Virus record (IMG/VR): IMGVR_UViG_3300021197_001722
Origin: an uncultured virus (IMG/VR IMGVR_UViG_3300021197_001722)
Lineage: Duplodnaviria > Heunggongvirae > Uroviricota > Caudoviricetes
Length of the DNA stretch: 20,000 nt
Reading direction: 5' to 3' (one strand)
Position numbers and translations under genes: made by a program
The notes under the pieces: generated by a model
Seen by the model: the letters and a program-made list of their open reading frames with translations, nothing else
The model's database searches: none
What the model was told of the DNA's origin: nothing
In this document: piece after piece, positions 16,289-20,000 of the stretch
Position numbering within the stretch: position 1 is the first letter of the stretch
How the letters are laid out: each line of letters starts with the position of its first letter

Positions 16289-17365
16289 TTATGTTAAATG
16301 ACCACTAACCCAAGCCGTACCATTTGCAATCATAATATAACTATCATCAACAGCAAACGCTATCGCTCCTAAGTTTTCAGGGGCAAAAGTTCCAGTAACA
16401 GATGCTACTGTGTCAAAAGTGGGAACAACTAAGAACCCACTGTTGTTTACAATCGTGTTCTCTAATCCTCCAGAATTAGAAACAACCTGATCCACCGAAA
16501 ACAAAGGCGGATTTCCACTTAATCCAATAGAGGCTAGATTAATATCAGCATAATAATCACTTATAGCATCCTCTAAATCTCCTATGTCATCAAGCTCAAT
16601 AGGTCTGAATGACGGATAGTCTGAAACACACCCACAATCACCTGATGGTCCTGCAAAAAATCTTCTTTTTGGCTGCTTTTTAAAGCCAATGTATTCGTTT
16701 ACAATTCCACTAAATTGTAATAATTCTTGTATATTGGTGTCTTCGTCCGTTGTGTTATCTAAAAATTGATTTTTCTGAAATGGAATCGTCTGCCTACCTT
16801 TAGCAGCAACGTCAAATCCAGAAAACATAATTCCAGAATTGCCAACCACAAGACCCGACACGTTAATTTGAGAATAAGCCTCATCTCCACCAACATCTAT
16901 AGCATAGGCGGGTGAAGTTTCTCTAAAAGCTAAAAAATCTCTATCTTTATCCCAAATTAAATTACTATCGTAGTCTAGTATATGTTTAGATCCCCAGAAA
17001 GCAACACCGCTTTTTTTAGGTTCATTAAAACTTGCAACACCATTAGCACTAAATACAGAATATTTACCGGGATATGTTACATATACCTCTTTTAGTCCAG
17101 CACTAAAATCTACTTTATTATCACTATTAGTGCTTTTAAAAGAATGTCTCTCAAGTAATTCTTTTGTTGCTCCGTCTGTCTTAAAAACTCCAGAACCAAC
17201 TTCATAGGCTGTGCCATCTGAAATCGCATACCACATTCTATCTCCAGAAGAGTAGACAGAACTAAACGAACTAAAGCCAGTCGCTGCTTCGTCAAGAGAG
17301 AAGTCTCCAGTTCCTTCTGTTCGACTTAACTCTTTTATGCGGTCATTTAAATTAATTTCAGACAT
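16289..17365 (-). CDS. Fibre-like structural protein (358 aa)
   Basis: The N-terminal DRIKE..TEGTGDFSL..AATGF..F...YAI...EVGSG...VDFSAGLKEVYVTYP resembles, from memory, a common N-terminal module of aquatic phage fibre proteins. FFAGPSG...PSFRPI..DDI resembles a fibre-shaft motif. Confidence 0.65.
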   Translation of the reverse strand: MSEINLNDRIKELSRTEGTGDFSLDEAATGFSSFSSVYSSGDRMWYAISDGTAYEVGSGVFKTDGATKELLERHSFKSTNSDNKVDFSAGLKEVYVTYPGKYSVFSANGVASFNEPKKSGVAFWGSKHILDYDSNLIWDKDRDFLAFRETSPAYAIDVGGDEAYSQINVSGLVVGNSGIMFSGFDVAAKGRQTIPFQKNQFLDNTTDEDTNIQELLQFSGIVNEYIGFKKQPKRRFFAGPSGDCGCVSDYPSFRPIELDDIGDLEDAISDYYADINLASIGLSGNPPLFSVDQVVSNSGGLENTIVNNSGFLVVPTFDTVASVTGTFAPENLGAIAFAVDDSYIMIANGTAWVSGHLT

Positions 17366-18324
17366 TATACAGCAGTAGTTGATGTTGGAGTAGGAATTCC
17401 AGATTCAGATCCGGGTTCTAGGCCGTAAGCCACAAAATCGTTAACTTTCGCGTCAACATAAGTGTTTGTATCTTTTTTAGTGAAAAAAGTACAGCCAACA
17501 CCAGATCTAGCGACAATTCCAACAGAATTAATATCAAAATCCGCTGGATCGTCATCGGATTGAGCGTTTGTATGTCCAACACCAACCCAGTTGGAATCAT
17601 TAAAAATACCACTAGTAAATGTAATATGGAATTTACCCGTATCTTCTTTGTGGATTCCAGAAATATTATGATAACCTAAAATTGTTGGGGGGTTTGTAGT
17701 TGCGTCAAATCTTAACCAGCATTTAGCAACTCCGTGGAAGCTATCTGTAGAACTTTTATCTTTATTGAATTTAAGATGCCCAGAGGTTCCAACAACAACG
17801 TCATCACCAACAGTTGGGCTGTTATAAACAAATTGCAAGCCGTTATCATTACTGTCTCCGTAAACTGCGCCAGAAGAATTAATCCAATTTGCCCCCATCG
17901 GCAAATCATTACTCATCTGCCTAGTACCATCAACTGGTAGGTACTGGGTATGTGCATTGTTACTTGTGTTTCTATCTGCTAGCTCGTCGTGGTTAATACC
18001 TCCGGGACCAAGCCAAGGTCTGACCTGAAGTTTAGTCCTCTCAGACTCTACTGGAGAATTTGGAAATGATATCCCAGATTCTGGTATAAACATGCCAGAT
18101 CCACCGGCAGATCTCGATGCCTTTACAGCCTTAAAAAATGGAAATTCTACTTCTGTGTCACCACTAGCAACTATTCTATTTATAGAATAGACTACATCTT
18201 CCATATTCTCTCTAATATCAGCAGCGCTAATAGCGGCAATATTATTGTCAGCCAAATCACACTTGATATTATTAATAATCGTACCAGACGATGATTGATT
18301 TGGCGTTCTTGAATCACAAGTCAT
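17365..18324 (-). CDS. Fibre-like structural protein (319 aa)
   Basis: HDEL....NAHTQYL..DGTR fibre motif, and a C-terminal AKCWLRFD...HNISGI..DTGKFHITF domain resembling the AKAWVNFNG...YNVSSITDNGTGDYTVNF module of aquatic phage fibres. SD AGGAGAG; TAATG overlap with the next gene. Confidence 0.65.
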   Translation of the reverse strand: MTCDSRTPNQSSSGTIINNIKCDLADNNIAAISAADIRENMEDVVYSINRIVASGDTEVEFPFFKAVKASRSAGGSGMFIPESGISFPNSPVESERTKLQVRPWLGPGGINHDELADRNTSNNAHTQYLPVDGTRQMSNDLPMGANWINSSGAVYGDSNDNGLQFVYNSPTVGDDVVVGTSGHLKFNKDKSSTDSFHGVAKCWLRFDATTNPPTILGYHNISGIHKEDTGKFHITFTSGIFNDSNWVGVGHTNAQSDDDPADFDINSVGIVARSGVGCTFFTKKDTNTYVDAKVNDFVAYGLEPGSESGIPTPTSTTAV

Positions 18325-18335
18325 TTTTATCTCTC

Positions 18336-18854
18336 CTAATAATTAAAAAAACCACCTGATCTGTGGTCTGAGTTATTTCTGTTTATTAAATCTGAACCGG
18401 GAGCATAAGGACCGAGAATGGCTTGACCAGCCACACTGTTGCCAGCTTTGTATTGTAAAACAGCCTGTTCGTATTTAGAACATAAATCTTTATACAATAT
18501 ATTAAGCGTTGCAGTAACACCTCTTAAATCAATTGCTGATGGTCCATCTTTGATAGATATCGCATTTGCAGACTTTTTCTTTATTGCGCCACCTATAATT
18601 ATACACGCAGCTTTCAAGCAAACTAAAGATATAAATGCTTCATCTTCTGCATCAGTCTTTGTGGGATCTGGAGATAAAGTGCAATTTTCTACATTTATAT
18701 CGTAAGTATTCTCATAGTCAATACCTATTTGACTTAACTGACCAGCAACTAGTATCGTAGTTTCTATTCTATGGTCTGAATATTCATATTTATCTGAATC
18801 TACGTCATCAATAAGATAACGAACTATAGTTCCCATTTGACCTTGCCAAGACAT
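18336..18854 (-). CDS. Putative head-tail adaptor/connector protein (172 aa)
   Basis: N-terminal VRYLIDD...YSDHRI followed by helices and a beta-hairpin (ISIKDGPSAIDL) matches the gp15/gp6-type adaptor pattern; position at the start of the neck module. Confidence 0.55.
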   Translation of the reverse strand: MSWQGQMGTIVRYLIDDVDSDKYEYSDHRIETTILVAGQLSQIGIDYENTYDINVENCTLSPDPTKTDAEDEAFISLVCLKAACIIIGGAIKKKSANAISIKDGPSAIDLRGVTATLNILYKDLCSKYEQAVLQYKAGNSVAGQAILGPYAPGSDLINRNNSDHRSGGFFNY

Positions 18855-18862
18855 AATTTAAC

Positions 18863-19180
18863 CTATAAATTACAGTGTACTTTGAATGTGTGAATATCTG
18901 TATAAAAAGTCCCGCTACCCCCGCCAAGAAAGACTCTTCCTTGGAGTTTGTAGTTACCTGCTTCATCTAAATCGCCCGCAACCGCATCGTAATACATTAC
19001 GCCAGAAACCGAACTTCCGTCATCTAACCTCAGAGCAGATCTATTTATAACAGTATCGCTTGGTTTTCTGAAGTCCACCTGTAGTGCAGTAGCGCCAGAA
19101 ATATTTACAACATCTGAGCCATCTTTCACCGTGAGCAAGAATCTAGTCCCTATGTCGTCTTTATGTATTTCACTAGCCAT
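18863..19180 (-). CDS. BppU N-terminal-like Ig-fold structural protein (105 aa)
   Basis: DIGTRFLLTVKD...VNISGAT...FRKPS...GVMYY...GDLDEAGNYKLQGRV...TFKV follows the BppU_N-like pattern. Confidence 0.65.
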   Translation of the reverse strand: MASEIHKDDIGTRFLLTVKDGSDVVNISGATALQVDFRKPSDTVINRSALRLDDGSSVSGVMYYDAVAGDLDEAGNYKLQGRVFLGGGSGTFYTDIHTFKVHCNL

Positions 19181-19193
19181 TTATTTTTCCAAA

Positions 19194-19433
19194 CTATAGT
19201 TTTAATTGCTGATCTATATAAATGTCGTATTTTACTTGTTTATCTATACTTGTAGTAAATGATTCCCCTGTATTAATATACACAATATCGCTATGTTTTT
19301 GGTTAACGTGAATATCTTTAAGAAGTTGTTGGTCTATTGATATATCATACTCTACAACCTCTCCGTTGAACGTCTTGGTCATTTCTTCAGACGTACAGAG
19401 CGGAAATTCGCTATAACAAACACCTACAAACAT
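19194..19433 (-). CDS. Small hypothetical protein (79 aa) with 10-aa periodicity
   Basis: TAATG overlap with the upstream gene; YDISIDQQLL...YDIYIDQQLK repeats. Confidence 0.7.
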   Translation of the reverse strand: MFVGVCYSEFPLCTSEEMTKTFNGEVVEYDISIDQQLLKDIHVNQKHSDIVYINTGESFTTSIDKQVKYDIYIDQQLKL

Positions 19434-19729
19434 TAAATTGCCGGATCACTAATTGAGACATTTGTATTCAAAGCATCTGCGGCTTGCTGTTTTGCAAGTC
19501 TAATCTCATACGCTGATACATTTTCTGCTAAAAAATTTCTAACCATTCTATTGCCAAACTGAGCAAGGGTTTCTGGATTGTCAATCATTTGCGGGTTAAT
19601 ATCAGAAATTGGCTGAGTTGAATCAAAGTCTGGGTTATTTACTTGATCTGGTCTTCGGTAATTTGCAGCAAAAGATGTCAAGACTCTATTAACGTCTGAG
19701 TCTGCGATTTCTATTCTAAATTCTGCCAT
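19433..19729 (-). CDS. Hypothetical protein (98 aa)
   Basis: Start reassigned from 19795 to the ATG at 19729 (MAEFRIE) after AGGAG at 19735-19739; the longer version would overlap the upstream gene. Confidence 0.8.
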   Translation of the reverse strand: MAEFRIEIADSDVNRVLTSFAANYRRPDQVNNPDFDSTQPISDINPQMIDNPETLAQFGNRMVRNFLAENVSAYEIRLAKQQAADALNTNVSISDPAI

Positions 19730-19739
19730 GACTTCTCCT

Positions 19740-20000
19740 TTATGAGACTGGGCTAATATTAATATTATACACTGAATCTGACCAAAAACAGCCAAGATCG
19801 TTTAAATACTCATTGTGCATAGTTTTATTCTTGTGGTAGTAGACTGGAAGTAGAGTGGTTTTTACCCCCATAGCTAAAGAACAAATAGCAAAATGAAGCC
19901 TATCGGTTTTTACGGAAGATAATGTTGCTGCATATTCCCAGTATTGCTGGGGTGTATGACAAAAGAAAGCAGGGTCTTTTCTTTCCGGCGGTGGTATATA
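19740..20000 (-). CDS. C-terminal 86 aa of a probable polysaccharide pyruvyltransferase-family protein (5' end outside window)
   Basis: Hand translation: YIPPPERKDPAFFCHTPQQYWEYAATLSSVKTDRLHFAICSLAMGVKTTLLPVYYHKNKTMHNEYLNDLGCFWSDSVYNINISPVS*. The V-x-T-D-R-L-H-x-x-I...G...L...Y-H-K-N pattern matches the conserved C-terminal motif of PS_pyruv_trans (CsaB/WcaK/PssK-like) enzymes. Confidence 0.75.
   Translation of the reverse strand, partial: YIPPPERKDPAFFCHTPQQYWEYAATLSSVKTDRLHFAICSLAMGVKTTLLPVYYHKNKTMHNEYLNDLGCFWSDSVYNINISPVS
19763..19772 (-). promoter_or_regulatory. Putative late promoter element GTGTATAATA upstream of the neck/fibre operon
   Basis: Identical to 13952-13961; about 33 nt upstream of the ATG at 19729; embedded in the end of the upstream CDS. 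Confidence 0.55.

Larger units (their letters stand above)
1..20000 (-). mobile_element. Tailed phage (Caudoviricetes) head-tail joining and tail morphogenesis module, probably siphovirus-like
   Basis: Co-oriented abutting or overlapping genes in the order adaptor/fibres/neck, tail tube, chaperone-position genes, tape measure protein, large tail-associated protein. No host housekeeping genes, att sites or sheath gene are visible. Confidence 0.93.

Noticed and set aside
106..17909. Short alternative-frame minus-strand ORFs (106-333, 1966-2175, 10544-10726, 12754-13065, 14572-14757, 17110-17295, 17418-17612, 17712-17909)
   Set aside because: Fully nested in better-supported genes, without recognisable motifs.
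1193..18705. Plus-strand ORFs (e.g. 2430-2831, 5634-6086, 6351-6851, 8691-9089, 12500-12799)
   Set aside because: Antisense shadows of long minus-strand genes, with atypical composition (often Ser/Leu/Phe/Pro-rich) and no recognisable motifs.
3971..19196. TAG reassignment (genetic code 15)
   Set aside because: Several genes end in TAG at sensible boundaries, and no coding region is interrupted by in-frame TAG or TGA.
1..20000. CRISPR array, tRNA/rRNA, DGR template/variable repeats, intein, IS element or invertible fibre cassette
   Set aside because: Intergenic gaps are under 100 nt; I saw no long DNA-level repeats and no reverse transcriptase, recombinase, transposase or intein motifs. Diverged repeats could be missed by eye.

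Overview
AT-rich window from a large tailed phage (or prophage). All genes are on the minus strand and form one tightly packed virion-morphogenesis module. In transcription order (right to left): the C-terminus of a probable polysaccharide pyruvyltransferase; two small proteins; a BppU-N-like Ig protein; a probable head-tail adaptor; two fibre-like proteins; putative stopper, neck and tail-terminator proteins; an internally duplicated major tail tube protein; three proteins in the tail-chaperone position, two of them paralogues; a 2098-aa tape measure protein (TMP); and a >1323-aa beta-propeller protein that runs off the left edge and is missing from the ORF track. No sheath gene is visible, so a long non-contractile tail is likely. 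The most notable observations are: (i) a PD-(D/E)xK nuclease-like segment inside the TMP, bracketed by repeated xxGG/DTVPAMLTPGEFV modules; (ii) strong Ser-Gly enrichment in putative surface virion proteins next to a glycan-modifying enzyme gene; (iii) a 12-codon leader ORF overlapping a hairpin that encloses the start of the first chaperone gene; (iv) an RCC1-like repeat block nested in an FG-GAP-like propeller. All product calls come from motif recognition and gene order by eye; no database searches were run.
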